A stretch of 64,000 nucleotides of DNA from Promethearchaeota archaeon (GTDB taxonomy: Archaea > Asgardarchaeota > Lokiarchaeia > Sigyniarchaeales > SOKP01). Shown piece after piece: positions 39,020 through 49,470 of this stretch (its first letter is position 1; every line of letters begins with the position of its first letter). Location of the stretch: positions 36,155-100,154 of the forward strand of contig JAHLWS010000079.1 of the NCBI GenBank assembly GCA_019057795.1. The letters run 5' to 3'. The position numbers and the translations under genes were made by a program. Below the pieces are notes generated by a model, which saw only the letters and a program-made list of their open reading frames with translations, made no database searches and was not told where the DNA came from.

Positions 39020-40143
39020 TATTGATCACCTAAAAGATATTTAAAACAATTAGGATCAGGGGAAAAATAAATCAATTCTTCTAGATCTTTTGGTTCTATA
39101 TTAACTTCTTGACATAAAATTCTTTGAGCTACACATTTACCCCTGCATTCTTCAATATACTTACAACTTTTACATGGTTCATTAATTTTTTTATATCCTT
39201 CCATAACAAAATTCCTAAATAATTTAAAATTTTTAGAATACCATATCTCTTTAAAATTTTGGCTATATATATTGCCCGCATTAAATTTTTTAAGATTTTT
39301 CCAAGCTGGACACATAACAACATCTCCATCTGGAAGTATTAAAGGTGCATCAAAACCTCCTCTGCAATAATGGGTCTTCTCTAAATTAAACAAATGTTCT
39401 TTATTAAATAATAATAAGAAATTAATGGGATGTCCAATCCTAATTTCAATTTTTTTTTGTATTTGATTATTCTCGAGGATTGAAATCAGTTTTAAAGTTA
39501 ATTCTTTAAACTGCCGTTTATTAAGTATAAGTTTTTGATCATTACCTCTACCTTGAGGTACAAATCTTAAGAAGTGAATTTTTAGAAATCCTTTTTCAAT
39601 ACAAAATTTAATAATTTCTTCAAGATATTTAAGATTCTTTTTGAAAGGTACTATGTTTGCTTCATAAGAGAGATTATTTTTTCTTAATTTATCAATAGAA
39701 TCTTCAATAAGATTAAACGAATTTTTAACTCCATTTATTTTTTCAATAAGCTCTTTATTATGTCCTTGAATATTTAAAATAATAGAAATTCTATCCTTAT
39801 ATTGAGATAAATAATTGATTATATGGTCATTTAAACTAGATCTATTATTTTTTTTATCAATAATTATTCCCGAAGTATAAATTATGATAGAAATGTTTAG
39901 ATCTATTAAAAAATCAATCAATTCTTTAAATTTGGGGTATAAGAAAGATTCTCCTCCAGATAAAGAAACTGTATTTATCTTAAATTCATTTTTTACTTCT
40001 TTTATGATCTTAGCTAATTTTGAAAAATTAAGAAATTTATCCTTTTTTAAACTAGAATTACTACTACAATAGACACAGTGAAGTGTACATTTATGTGTTA
40101 ATTCAATACTTAATTCATTTAAACTATTTGTTATTCTATACAT
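39019..40143 (-). CDS. Radical SAM protein with SPASM domain
   Basis: CTLHCVYC and SGGE; CRGG, DGDVVMCP, CKSC...CRGKC and DPNC SPASM motifs. Confidence 0.9.
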   Translation of the reverse strand: MYRITNSLNELSIELTHKCTLHCVYCSSNSSLKKDKFLNFSKLAKIIKEVKNEFKINTVSLSGGESFLYPKFKELIDFLIDLNISIIIYTSGIIIDKKNNRSSLNDHIINYLSQYKDRISIILNIQGHNKELIEKINGVKNSFNLIEDSIDKLRKNNLSYEANIVPFKKNLKYLEEIIKFCIEKGFLKIHFLRFVPQGRGNDQKLILNKRQFKELTLKLISILENNQIQKKIEIRIGHPINFLLLFNKEHLFNLEKTHYCRGGFDAPLILPDGDVVMCPAWKNLKKFNAGNIYSQNFKEIWYSKNFKLFRNFVMEGYKKINEPCKSCKYIEECRGKCVAQRILCQEVNIEPKDLEELIYFSPDPNCFKYLLGDQ

Positions 40144-40325
40144 CTCGATTCTAACCACTCTTTATCTCTTTTATAGGCTTTTGGATTAATATCTTCATCA
40201 TCAACTCTAATAAAGAGACTTAAATCATCATTACCACAATTTAAACATTTTGAAATTAGGTGTAATCCTTCGGAACCACTATATACTTTATTACACTTAA
40301 GACATTTTAAACCCAATTTAATCAC
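40131..40325 (-). CDS. 64-aa zinc-ribbon/Cys peptide
   Basis: CLKC and CLNC; overlaps both neighbouring genes. Confidence 0.7.
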   Translation of the reverse strand: MIKLGLKCLKCNKVYSGSEGLHLISKCLNCGNDDLSLFIRVDDEDINPKAYKRDKEWLESRCIE

Positions 40326-41089
40326 CTTATATATTTTTTTGGAATTTCATCCAAAATATTTTTAGAATATATATTAGAATTATAAACTTTATGAATTAAA
40401 TCATACATATTTGATTTTGGATTCTTTTTCTTATATCTTTCATTATATCTGTAGAAATAACATTGCTTATTTTTAATACAAGTTTTGCAAAAATCTTTCC
40501 ATTCATCCATTTTTTTTTCATCCTTAAATAAATGAACTAGTTCAAGTGTCTCTTTTTGGTATAAATCACTATAATCTTCATCCTTACTCTGAATTCTATT
40601 AAGAAAATTATTTAATTTTCTATTCCATTTTTCGAGATGCCATGATACATTATGACCTATACCAATCGAATTATCTTTGAAAATAATTTCTCTTCTTTTT
40701 AATAAATGTATCTCTGATGCTTCAAATCCACATACAAATCCATTGTTATTAAATATTTTAGTCTCTTGATAATAGGTCTTACCAATTTTATAATATCCAA
40801 TGATATATCTCTTTTTTGTATTTTGATCTTGAGTTCTAAATATTATATATTTTTCATTTGTATCTCGCTTAATTAGACTCCTTACGCCTTTTAGATTACA
40901 GATTGAATTATAAGTATGGTTTTCAAAAACAGGAAATTCAAAATGGATTTTACCATCACTAAGTTTAAATAAAAATAGATTCCGATGAGCGAGATCATTG
41001 GATATATTAATAAAACATCCTTCTAGAAAAACTCTAGTTGAATAGTAATTAAACAAAACAATATCTCTATCGTAGTTGATATTTAACAC
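40322..41089 (-). CDS. Hypothetical protein, Nmad2/3-like (nucleotide-modification-associated)
   Basis: P.FE..TY...C....R, YIIFRT and RYIIGYY pattern; C-terminal CKTC...C; family call is from recall only. Confidence 0.4.
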   Translation of the reverse strand: MLNINYDRDIVLFNYYSTRVFLEGCFINISNDLAHRNLFLFKLSDGKIHFEFPVFENHTYNSICNLKGVRSLIKRDTNEKYIIFRTQDQNTKKRYIIGYYKIGKTYYQETKIFNNNGFVCGFEASEIHLLKRREIIFKDNSIGIGHNVSWHLEKWNRKLNNFLNRIQSKDEDYSDLYQKETLELVHLFKDEKKMDEWKDFCKTCIKNKQCYFYRYNERYKKKNPKSNMYDLIHKVYNSNIYSKNILDEIPKKYIR

Positions 41090-41523
41090 CGCTTACCGAA
41101 GATTTTTACCTTAATACTATATATCCTCATTTAATCATTTATATTTATTGCATAATTTAAAGAAAAAAAAGGTTAAAAATTAAACTAGTTAAACAGAAAT
41201 AATAAAACGAATAAAACTAAATTTAATTTATTTAAATTTAAAGATTGTAAAATTTTTTCCAATTCATCATAATAATTTGAATCTAATGGGAACAAGAGCT
41301 AGCATATAAACATCCAATAAAATTTTATATTCGATTAAAGCACATATCTATATCTGTACTCTTCACTTTAGAATTAGATACCATATATAATAAATTTTGT
41401 TAAATTTTGTTAAAAAAACACTATTAGAGATAAGATTTTTTGTAGTTTTTTAGCCTATATTTTATTTTTAAATATCAATTGAATTTTAAAAGTTATAAGT
41501 GAGATTTGATTTAAATATATATT

Positions 41524-42345
41524 ATGTCGTTTGCAGATGTAAATGGAACATCAATTTTTTACGAAGTTAATGGAGATGGATACCCTCTCGTATTACTTCA
41601 TGGTTTTGGCGCAAAAAAGGAAGTTTGGATGGCTCAAGTTGGTGCTTTATCAAAAGATTTTAAGGTCATCACTTACGATTGCCGTAGCTCTGGAAAATCA
41701 GAACGCCCTAAAGATCCTTATACGATAGATACATTAGTTGAGGATTTAAAAGGTTTATTGGATTTTCTAAAAATAGAAAAGGCTCATCTAATGGGTCAAT
41801 CGATGGGTGGTTGGGTAACTCAAAATTTTGTTTTAAAATACCCAGAGCGTGCCAATAAATTGATTTTAGTTGGAACTAATCATAAGGGAGCAGGTATTCA
41901 TATGATGGAAGGAAGTATGAATAACTTTTTTGAACTTCGGAAGGAGAATAAAGAGCAAGCTTTTTGGGACTATTGCAAATTAACGCATTATAGAGCTTTT
42001 ATAAAAGAAATGAAAGCAGACCCTCAAAAGAAATTTCATGGATTATGGTCAGCAGAGGATTTAATCAAAGAGACTACGGAAGATCAAATGACCCCCCACG
42101 ATTATAAGCTTTTAGCGGATGCAATTGATGCACACGATACAACGGACAAACTTTCCCAAATTACTCATCCAACTTTGTTAATCGCAGCTTCCAACGATAA
42201 ATTGTCTCCAAAATTGGTTATGGACGAGTTAAACGAAAAACTTCCAAATAGTAGAATAGAAGTCATTGAGAAAGCAGGCCATCACGTATTTTTAGAATAC
42301 GCTCCTCAGGTAAACAAGTTAATACTTGATTTTTTGAATGAATAG
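41524..42345 (+). CDS. Alpha/beta hydrolase
   Basis: LLHGF, GQSMGG, D and GH motifs. Confidence 0.9.
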   Translation: MSFADVNGTSIFYEVNGDGYPLVLLHGFGAKKEVWMAQVGALSKDFKVITYDCRSSGKSERPKDPYTIDTLVEDLKGLLDFLKIEKAHLMGQSMGGWVTQNFVLKYPERANKLILVGTNHKGAGIHMMEGSMNNFFELRKENKEQAFWDYCKLTHYRAFIKEMKADPQKKFHGLWSAEDLIKETTEDQMTPHDYKLLADAIDAHDTTDKLSQITHPTLLIAASNDKLSPKLVMDELNEKLPNSRIEVIEKAGHHVFLEYAPQVNKLILDFLNE

Positions 42346-42506
42346 GCTTAATTACTTCTTTTTTTTTTATTTTAATATTAATTTTTTAAGGTTTCAAATT
42401 TTTAATAACGATGTTTTTAAAATCTGTTGCACCAATTTTATTTAAGTAATAATTCACCATACCATAGATTAAAGAAAAATAACAAGATATTCGTGGATGA
42501 CTTTAA

Positions 42507-43052
42507 ATGGCAAGTTTGAACGAATTGACCGTTTCTCTATTGGACCGGTTAGCTAAAGAGTGCGGGATTAAATTTAAAAAAGGTACTAAGAAGCCAGAGA
42601 AAATTGCGACCATAGAAAATGCTGGTATTGAAGAAACACATCTTGAACAACTCCTAAATAAATATTTAGCACAAAAATCTTATCCAAGAAAGACTAGTAA
42701 AGACGCAATATCAGAGTTAAAAGGAAGAGTTAAATTACTGGAAGAACAGGTTAGGTTTTTAATGTCCGAGATAAGCGTGTCTGAAGTTTCTCTAACGAAA
42801 AAAGACGATCGCGATATAATTACCGTTACGACTGATTTAGCTGATATAAAAAAATTTATTAAATCTATTATTTCACCTGGAGAGTCTATTACGATAGACG
42901 AGTTGATAGAACTAAAAGAGATTCAAAAAATACCTTTAATCGCGTTAAAGCATTCTATTTACGACTTGATTGAGGAAGGCATATTTAATGGCGTGCCGGG
43001 TAATTCTAGGCAAAAAATAGGGGGGAAAATTGGTGCCTTAGTCCGGAAATAA
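42507..43052 (+). CDS. Hypothetical protein (small helical N-terminal domain, coiled coil, winged-helix-like C-terminus)
   Basis: Clean ORF with GTGGA RBS; no catalytic motif recognised. Confidence 0.6.
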   Translation: MASLNELTVSLLDRLAKECGIKFKKGTKKPEKIATIENAGIEETHLEQLLNKYLAQKSYPRKTSKDAISELKGRVKLLEEQVRFLMSEISVSEVSLTKKDDRDIITVTTDLADIKKFIKSIISPGESITIDELIELKEIQKIPLIALKHSIYDLIEEGIFNGVPGNSRQKIGGKIGALVRK

Positions 43053-43177
43053 GTTTTTACTTTACTTGATACTGTTCTTTTTTTACCTTATATAAAATAA
43101 GAATGTAAAACTTGCACCTTTTTTTTTATAATCTAAAGAGCTTTCTTTATTAAACATTTTATTCAAGACGATTACAA

Positions 43178-43987
43178 ATGGATTTAACTAACGAACAAAT
43201 TAGAAGATATTCGCGTCAAATAGTTTTAAAGGAAGTTGGAGGAATCGGGCAAAGAAAATTATTAAATTCAAAGATTTCATTAATTGGGTTAGGAGCTCTC
43301 GGATCTCCTGCCGCCTACTATTTAGCAGCAGCGGGTGTTGGAAGTTTACAAATAATAGATTTTGATATTGTGGAACTGTCAAATTTGCACAGACAAATTC
43401 TTCATTTTACAAAAGACATTAACAAGCAAAAAACTAAGAGCGCTGTGGAAAAACTTAACTTGCTAAACCCTGATTGTACCATTGAAATTATAAATGAAAG
43501 AATTACAGCCTATAATTCAAAAGATATCCTTAAAGGTTCGGACTATGTTATTGAAGGTTCGGACAACATCTCAACTAAAATGCTAATTAATGATACATGT
43601 ATAAATTTAAAAATACCTTTTACAATTGCAGGCGTTTTGAGATTCCACGGACAAATAATGACAGTAGTTCCAAAAGATAAAACAAGTTGCTATAGATGTG
43701 TGTTCGGTGATATAACTGAAGGCGATCCGAGTATGTCGTGTTCTCAAGCTGGAGTAATTGGGTTGGTGCCTGGCGTTTTAGGGTGTTTAGAAGCTAATGA
43801 GGCAATTAAAAGTATTTTAGGTATAGGTGAGCTATTAACAAACAAAATTATGTATGTTGATCTTTTAAGGAACAATTTTGATTTTATCGAAGTACATAGA
43901 GATAATAATTGTATCGCATGTGGCGACAACGCAAAAAACTTAGTCGAAATATTAAATTACGAGGGGGAAAATGTCTGCGATGAATAA
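43178..43987 (+). CDS. moeB: MoeB/ThiF/UbaA E1-like adenylyltransferase
   Basis: RYSRQI, GLGALG, SNLHRQ, CYRC, SC and CIAC motifs. Confidence 0.9.
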   Translation: MDLTNEQIRRYSRQIVLKEVGGIGQRKLLNSKISLIGLGALGSPAAYYLAAAGVGSLQIIDFDIVELSNLHRQILHFTKDINKQKTKSAVEKLNLLNPDCTIEIINERITAYNSKDILKGSDYVIEGSDNISTKMLINDTCINLKIPFTIAGVLRFHGQIMTVVPKDKTSCYRCVFGDITEGDPSMSCSQAGVIGLVPGVLGCLEANEAIKSILGIGELLTNKIMYVDLLRNNFDFIEVHRDNNCIACGDNAKNLVEILNYEGENVCDE

Positions 43988-44237
43988 TATAAAAAAAAAA
44001 AATGATGTTGAGTACTTAGATATCCGGGGAGAAGTATGCCCAATGACATTTGTACTTACTAAACTAACTCTGGAAAAGCTCGAAGAAGGTAGTATTTTAG
44101 AAGTTCACTTGGATTTCCCTGCAGCTCTCAAGAATATCCCTGTAAGTTGTAAGCGACAAAATTTAGCTAAAGTCATAAAAACAAAAGAATTGAATCCAGA
44201 AAAACACGAATGGATGCTATTATTAAAGAAGTTATGA
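43971..44237 (+). CDS. tusA: TusA/SirA sulfur carrier
   Basis: LDIRGEVCPM motif. Confidence 0.85.
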   Translation: MSAMNNIKKKNDVEYLDIRGEVCPMTFVLTKLTLEKLEEGSILEVHLDFPAALKNIPVSCKRQNLAKVIKTKELNPEKHEWMLLLKKL

Positions 44238-44264
44238 AAATCGGTAAATCGGTGAAAAAGTTAA

Positions 44265-45284
44265 TTGGAAGACTTTAAAAAAGGCTCCCCTTTAGGGCTA
44301 GGATTAATTTCTGGAGGTTTAGATAGTTTAATTGCTTGTTTACTTTTAAAACTACAAAATATTGAGGTAATTGGCTTAAATTTCAAATCTCCATTTTGTG
44401 TCTGTGATAAAGCCTATAAAAATTCCGAGTGCGGTTTAAATCTTTATTACGACAAGCTAGGGATAAAAACCTATTTTCTTCAAAAAGAAAACGACTATTT
44501 GGAAGTAATACGAAACCCTAAATTCGGTTACGGTAAAAATTTGAATCCATGTATCGATTGTAGGATTTATATTTTAAAGAAAGCTAAGAAATTTGCTGAT
44601 AAAATAAATGCTGATTTTATATTTACGGGAGAAGTGCTAGATCAAAGACCCAAGTCTCAGAATTTAAAAGCTTTAAAGACTATTGAAAAGGAGGCTTTTC
44701 TCGAGGGAAAATTGCTTAGACCTTTATCGGCTTTATTATTAAAACCTACTATTTTAGAAGAAAAAGGAATAATTGATAGATCTAAATTATTAGGTATAAA
44801 AGGACGAAGTAGAAAACTACAACTTGAACTTGCGAGATCTCATGGATTATTGAATGAATATTATGCTTGTGGAGGATGTCTTCTTACCGAAAAAGAATTT
44901 GCTAGTAGAATGAGAGATTATCTTAAATTTAATAAAATATTAACCATGGACGATGTAAGACTATTGAAATACGGCAGACATTTTCGGTTTAATCATTCTA
45001 AGATTATTATTGGAAGAAATAAATTAGAAAATGGTTTATTACTTCAGTTAAAAGGCCCAGATGACATATTAATGGAGGCAGCTGAAGTACATGGACCTAT
45101 TACACTTATTCTAGGCCGAATTGATGTGGAAGTAATCAACTTTGCTGCAAGTTTGACATTAAGGTATTCGGATGCGAAAAACTCACATGGAAAAATTATA
45201 TTCGGTAAAGAACCTAAAACTTTGACTGAACATTTAATAGTCGAAAAAGCAACTCAAGATTATTTAAAACCATTTCTTTTATAA
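44265..45284 (+). CDS. ThiI/MnmA-like PP-loop tRNA sulfurtransferase
   Basis: SGGLDS, NPCIDCR, TGEVLDQRPKSQ, GGCLLT and GRHFR motifs. Confidence 0.85.
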   Translation: MEDFKKGSPLGLGLISGGLDSLIACLLLKLQNIEVIGLNFKSPFCVCDKAYKNSECGLNLYYDKLGIKTYFLQKENDYLEVIRNPKFGYGKNLNPCIDCRIYILKKAKKFADKINADFIFTGEVLDQRPKSQNLKALKTIEKEAFLEGKLLRPLSALLLKPTILEEKGIIDRSKLLGIKGRSRKLQLELARSHGLLNEYYACGGCLLTEKEFASRMRDYLKFNKILTMDDVRLLKYGRHFRFNHSKIIIGRNKLENGLLLQLKGPDDILMEAAEVHGPITLILGRIDVEVINFAASLTLRYSDAKNSHGKIIFGKEPKTLTEHLIVEKATQDYLKPFLL

Positions 45285-45313
45285 TTTGAATAAAGATATC
45301 ACAAATAAGCTCT

Positions 45314-45601
45314 TTATCCTCCAGCTATGGCAGGTAATAAGTAAACTTCATCTCCCTCTTGAACAGTGGTGATCAAACCTTTAAAAGAACGAATATCTAT
45401 TCCATTTTTCCCTATAAGAATGTATTTATTTAATAAATCTGGAGTATTCATTACAGTATTTTCAAAATCTTTTCCAAATTTTAAGTTCAATTCTTTTAAT
45501 ACATCTTTAATGGTTGAGTTATCGTCAAACGACATTATAATTTCTTCTATTCCGGTAATATCTGCCAATAAAGATAAAAAGAAAATTTTTATATCAATCG
45601 T
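45314..45601 (-). CDS. MoaD/SAMP ubiquitin-like sulfur carrier (probable ACG start)
   Basis: C-terminal PAIAGG; first beta strand IDIKIFFLSLL lies upstream of the annotated TTG, bounded by an in-frame TAA. Confidence 0.85.
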   Translation of the reverse strand, partial: TIDIKIFFLSLLADITGIEEIIMSFDDNSTIKDVLKELNLKFGKDFENTVMNTPDLLNKYILIGKNGIDIRSFKGLITTVQEGDEVYLLPAIAGG

Positions 45602-45737
45602 TGAAAAAACCCTTTAAAATTATATTTCTCTATAATTTTCAATTCATAAATATATTAGAAATTTAGGTAATTATTTATTTTGATTATAAAATTTAAATAT
45701 TATCGCAATTATTGCGAATATTATATAATTAATTTTA

Positions 45738-46685
45738 GTGATTTTTATTAGAAATAATAAATTAAATATCGGACATTTGTCTACTGCTTACCATACTAAT
45801 TTCATCTTAATGGAAGGTGACGATTTAGAAAATGATCTTAAAAGAGATATCAATTGGATTCTTTTTGGGACAGGACCAGCTATGATCGAAGCTTTCAAGA
45901 ATAAAAAGTTAGATATTGGTTATATGGGATTACCTCCTGCAATTATTGGGATTGATAAAGGTGTTCCAATTAAATGTGTCGCTGGAGGCCATGTTGAAGG
46001 AACTATTATGATTGCTAAAAAAGAATACAAAGAAATGAATCAATTAGATAATAATATGGTTGAAGTTCTTTCTCAATTTAAAGGAAAATTAATTGGTGTT
46101 ACGAGCAAAGGTTCTATACATGAAGTTATTTTAAGTCATTTTTTAAAAAATTACGATTTATCTAATGATGTTGATGTTAAAAATTATGGACAAGCAGAAT
46201 TTATTGCTTTGAATATGAAAAAAGGTCTCTTGGACGCAGGTGTGGGAACCCCAGCATTAGCAGTTTTCGCTTCAACCATCTTAGATTCTCATATAATTGT
46301 CGAACCTAAGCATTTATGGGCTAACAATCCTAGTTATGGCATATTTCTTCACGAAAACTTAATTGAAAACTATCCAGATATAATAATAGAATTTCTTAAT
46401 CATCATAAAAAGGCTTCCTATCTGCTTAGAAACTCACAATCGTTAGCAGCAGAGAAGATATCTAAAACTTTTGAAATTATTGACAAAAATTACGCTGAAT
46501 CTGTTTTAAAAATATCACCAAAATACTGTATTTCCCTTTCAGAAAATTATATAAATGCAACAATGGAATTTGTAAAAACTCTTAAAAATCTTAATTATAT
46601 TAAAAAGGAACTTACGCCTGAAAACATATTTGACTCCACATTTATACGAAAAGTACACCCTGAACAAGATCATTATTCAATATAA
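45738..46685 (+). CDS. NitT/TauT/NMT1-type substrate-binding-fold protein
   Basis: GHLSTAYH, GPAM, DIGYMGLPP and GSIH motifs; no signal peptide or TM anchor. Confidence 0.75.
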   Translation: MIFIRNNKLNIGHLSTAYHTNFILMEGDDLENDLKRDINWILFGTGPAMIEAFKNKKLDIGYMGLPPAIIGIDKGVPIKCVAGGHVEGTIMIAKKEYKEMNQLDNNMVEVLSQFKGKLIGVTSKGSIHEVILSHFLKNYDLSNDVDVKNYGQAEFIALNMKKGLLDAGVGTPALAVFASTILDSHIIVEPKHLWANNPSYGIFLHENLIENYPDIIIEFLNHHKKASYLLRNSQSLAAEKISKTFEIIDKNYAESVLKISPKYCISLSENYINATMEFVKTLKNLNYIKKELTPENIFDSTFIRKVHPEQDHYSI

Positions 46686-46864
46686 AGTTTCTATTGGTTT
46701 AAGAATTGTTTAATTTGTAATTGAGCTATTATTCCTGAAAAAAATTTTTATAATATCAAAAAATTCTTTTGTTAAATTTCTGATAAAACTGATTTCAAAT
46801 ATAAAAATTTAGAATTTCAACTAAATAATGGATTATTTATATTTAGAACGCTTATTATAATATT

Positions 46865-47428
46865 ATGCGATTAGATGACATTGATAAGCAAATTGTAAGA
46901 GAATTGTATAACAATGGTCGTGAAAGCTTAACTACACTTAACAAAAGAGTATTTAAAATTGATCAAGAACTTATGAGCCATACGGGGATAAAGAAGAGAA
47001 TATCAAAACTCCAAGACACAGGAGTATTAAGAATTCAAGGTAATTTAAACGTTAGTAAGCTCAATTATAAAGCTATGTTTATATTACTTGAGATGCAAAA
47101 TTACGATGAGGTCAAAAATATTATAAAAGCTTATACAAATTGTCCAAGAGTATTTGTATTAGCGCAGATCAGTGGTCAATATAACCTTATTATGGGAATT
47201 TTGGGTCAAACTACGGAAGTTTTACATAGATATATAAATTATTGTGGCTCAACTAACAAAAAAGGAATTTTACATTCTCAGATTTTATTTGTCTCCCAAT
47301 ATGAAGCTCCAGAATATATTCCTATAAATCTATTTAGTAAAGAAAGTCAAGAATATAAATGTGGTAATATTTGTAACGATTGTGAGGCTTTTTTAGATGG
47401 TGGATGCGAAGGGTGCGGTAATTTTTAA
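46865..47428 (+). CDS. Lrp/AsnC regulator with Cys-rich C-terminus
   Basis: LDDIDKQI..L...GRES; tail CGNICNDC...CEGC. Confidence 0.85.
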   Translation: MRLDDIDKQIVRELYNNGRESLTTLNKRVFKIDQELMSHTGIKKRISKLQDTGVLRIQGNLNVSKLNYKAMFILLEMQNYDEVKNIIKAYTNCPRVFVLAQISGQYNLIMGILGQTTEVLHRYINYCGSTNKKGILHSQILFVSQYEAPEYIPINLFSKESQEYKCGNICNDCEAFLDGGCEGCGNF

Positions 47429-47631
47429 CTCAATTCTTTATTACAGTAAGGATTCATAAGATTTGACAAGTTTAAAATTTAAACCTTATCTTCTAAATTG
47501 TATTATTTTGAAACTGAGCATTATTCCATAGTTTAAATTACTCTATTCTCGAAAACATTAAATAAAAGTATGTTTTCTCATAATATGAATAAAATAATTA
47601 ACATTTTAATTATTTTAAAGTAGGTGGTTAA

Positions 47632-47889
47632 TTGATTATAGAAGATAAATACTATGTTGTTGATCATAAGCAAAAATTTGATTTAATTTCATTATCTCCT
47701 TCTAGCAAATTCATCTTATATTTATTGAAACAACGGGGACCCTTGAAACAGCAAGAAATCGTAGAAAAAACCCTTCTTCCTAAGCGAACAATTGCTTACG
47801 CTTTAAAAAAGCTTCAAGAGAAGAATTTTATAGAAAAATCCAAAGATTTAATAGATAAACGAGTAAGTATTTTCAAAATAATCGTTTAA
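47632..47889 (+). CDS. Small winged-helix (MarR-like) regulator
   Basis: SPSSKFILYLL, LPKRTIAYALKKL and DKR motifs. Confidence 0.8.
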   Translation: MIIEDKYYVVDHKQKFDLISLSPSSKFILYLLKQRGPLKQQEIVEKTLLPKRTIAYALKKLQEKNFIEKSKDLIDKRVSIFKIIV

Positions 47890-47931
47890 AAGTGTTTTAG
47901 CTACTTATGGTAACAATTAAAATAATCCGAT

Positions 47932-48306
47932 GTGAAGTTAATGAGTGAAGGACACAAATATATTTTATATGTTCAAACGAGTGATGATCCAGAAAGACAA
48001 TATTCACCGTTAGTCTTAGCGCAGACCGCTAAAGCAATGAATATTAAAGCAACAGTTTACTACCTAGGAACAGGACTGCGAATACTAAAACCGGGAGTGG
48101 CAGAAAAAATAAAAATAGGCGAATTTCCCAGTGTCAAAGAGATGATAGATAAAGCTCTGGAAATGGGAGTTGAAATTTTAGTTTGTGAAGCCTCAAAAAG
48201 AATGTTAGGATGGGAAAAGGTGGATCTTATTCCCGGGGTTAAAATAGTAGGAGCAGCAACATTAAATGACTTATCATTGGAAGCTGATGCCACTCAATGG
48301 TTTTAA
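47932..48306 (+). CDS. DsrE-family (peroxiredoxin-like) protein
   Basis: GVEILVCEAS and IVGAATL motifs. Confidence 0.8.
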   Translation: MKLMSEGHKYILYVQTSDDPERQYSPLVLAQTAKAMNIKATVYYLGTGLRILKPGVAEKIKIGEFPSVKEMIDKALEMGVEILVCEASKRMLGWEKVDLIPGVKIVGAATLNDLSLEADATQWF

Positions 48307-48380
48307 AGAGTGAACCATTAAAATTTTAAATGGAAAGAAGATATCTTGTCCTGTTATTTTTTAAAATAGAAAAAAAAAAA

Positions 48381-49247
48381 TTATTTATTACTTTTTTTCC
48401 AAATTACGATTGAAACTACGCTAATAATCGCAATTAGGGTTGGATATATAATTATTTCTAATAATGAAGGGTTTGCGTTGTAACCAAATAAAGCTTTTAG
48501 TAGTGCCCCAATAACTTCAAGCCATTCTGGAGTGAGAGGATTATTATCTGGAAAGCTTTCTGGTAAAATATGTTTAATATTCCATACTTCTTCAATAATA
48601 GGGTTAAGCGCTCCCGCTTCTATGAATTCGTGAATCCCGTATGTGATCAATCCAGCAGCAAATAAAATTAGAACTACATTTGTAATTTTAAAGAACTTTG
48701 ATAAATTTATAGTTTTTATACCATAGAACATAAGGATCCCAATTATGATTGCAATACCGATACCTATTGATGAACCAATAATTATACTCCCTTGATCTAA
48801 GGTTCCTAACGATGTAGCACCTACTAAAAGCAAAACCAATTCAATACCTTCGCGAATTATAACTACATAGGTTAAAATTAAGATTGAAAAACTCTTTCCG
48901 GTTGTTATGGATTGTTCCACCTTTTCATCGAGAGTTTCTCTCATCTTTGAACCCTCTTTACTTATCCATAAAATGAGTGTTATAATAAATATTCCAGAAA
49001 TAACAAAAGTATATCCTTCGAATAATTTTTCCAATATACCTGTAAATCCTCCCAATATTAACGAGAAGACAATAGAAAAAATAATACTGGAAATTACGGC
49101 AAGTATAGCTCCGATATACACGTATTTATAATAACTTTTTTGGTTTGTGCTCTTTAAATAGGATAAAATAATAACTATAATAATAACAGATTCTAAACCT
49201 TCTCTAAAACCTAAAAACATTGGTACTAGTAAATCAACGATAGACAC
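48381..49247 (-). CDS. FTR1-family iron permease
   Basis: Two REGxE motifs (REGLE, REGIE); polytopic. Confidence 0.9.
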   Translation of the reverse strand: MSIVDLLVPMFLGFREGLESVIIIVIILSYLKSTNQKSYYKYVYIGAILAVISSIIFSIVFSLILGGFTGILEKLFEGYTFVISGIFIITLILWISKEGSKMRETLDEKVEQSITTGKSFSILILTYVVIIREGIELVLLLVGATSLGTLDQGSIIIGSSIGIGIAIIIGILMFYGIKTINLSKFFKITNVVLILFAAGLITYGIHEFIEAGALNPIIEEVWNIKHILPESFPDNNPLTPEWLEVIGALLKALFGYNANPSLLEIIIYPTLIAIISVVSIVIWKKSNK

Positions 49248-49470
49248 TTTAAATAAACCTCATATTAATAATTTTGATACTACAATATATTAAGATTCAA
49301 TTGCTTTATAATGTTAAATAATAAAAAAAGTTGTCATGATATAATATAAGATAGATACAATTTTCACTTGATATTTGCATTCAACGGAGAAGTATGATTT
49401 ATAAAATATTAACGCTATATAAATAAGAAATAGCATTAAATAATCATTAAAAAAAAGTGATTTTACTAAA

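Noticed and set aside
41258-41295. Weak similarity (GAATCTAATGGGA) to the 29-bp TA-flanking site near the AT-rich operon
   Set aside because: Only one arm matches and the spacing differs; expected by chance in AT-rich DNA
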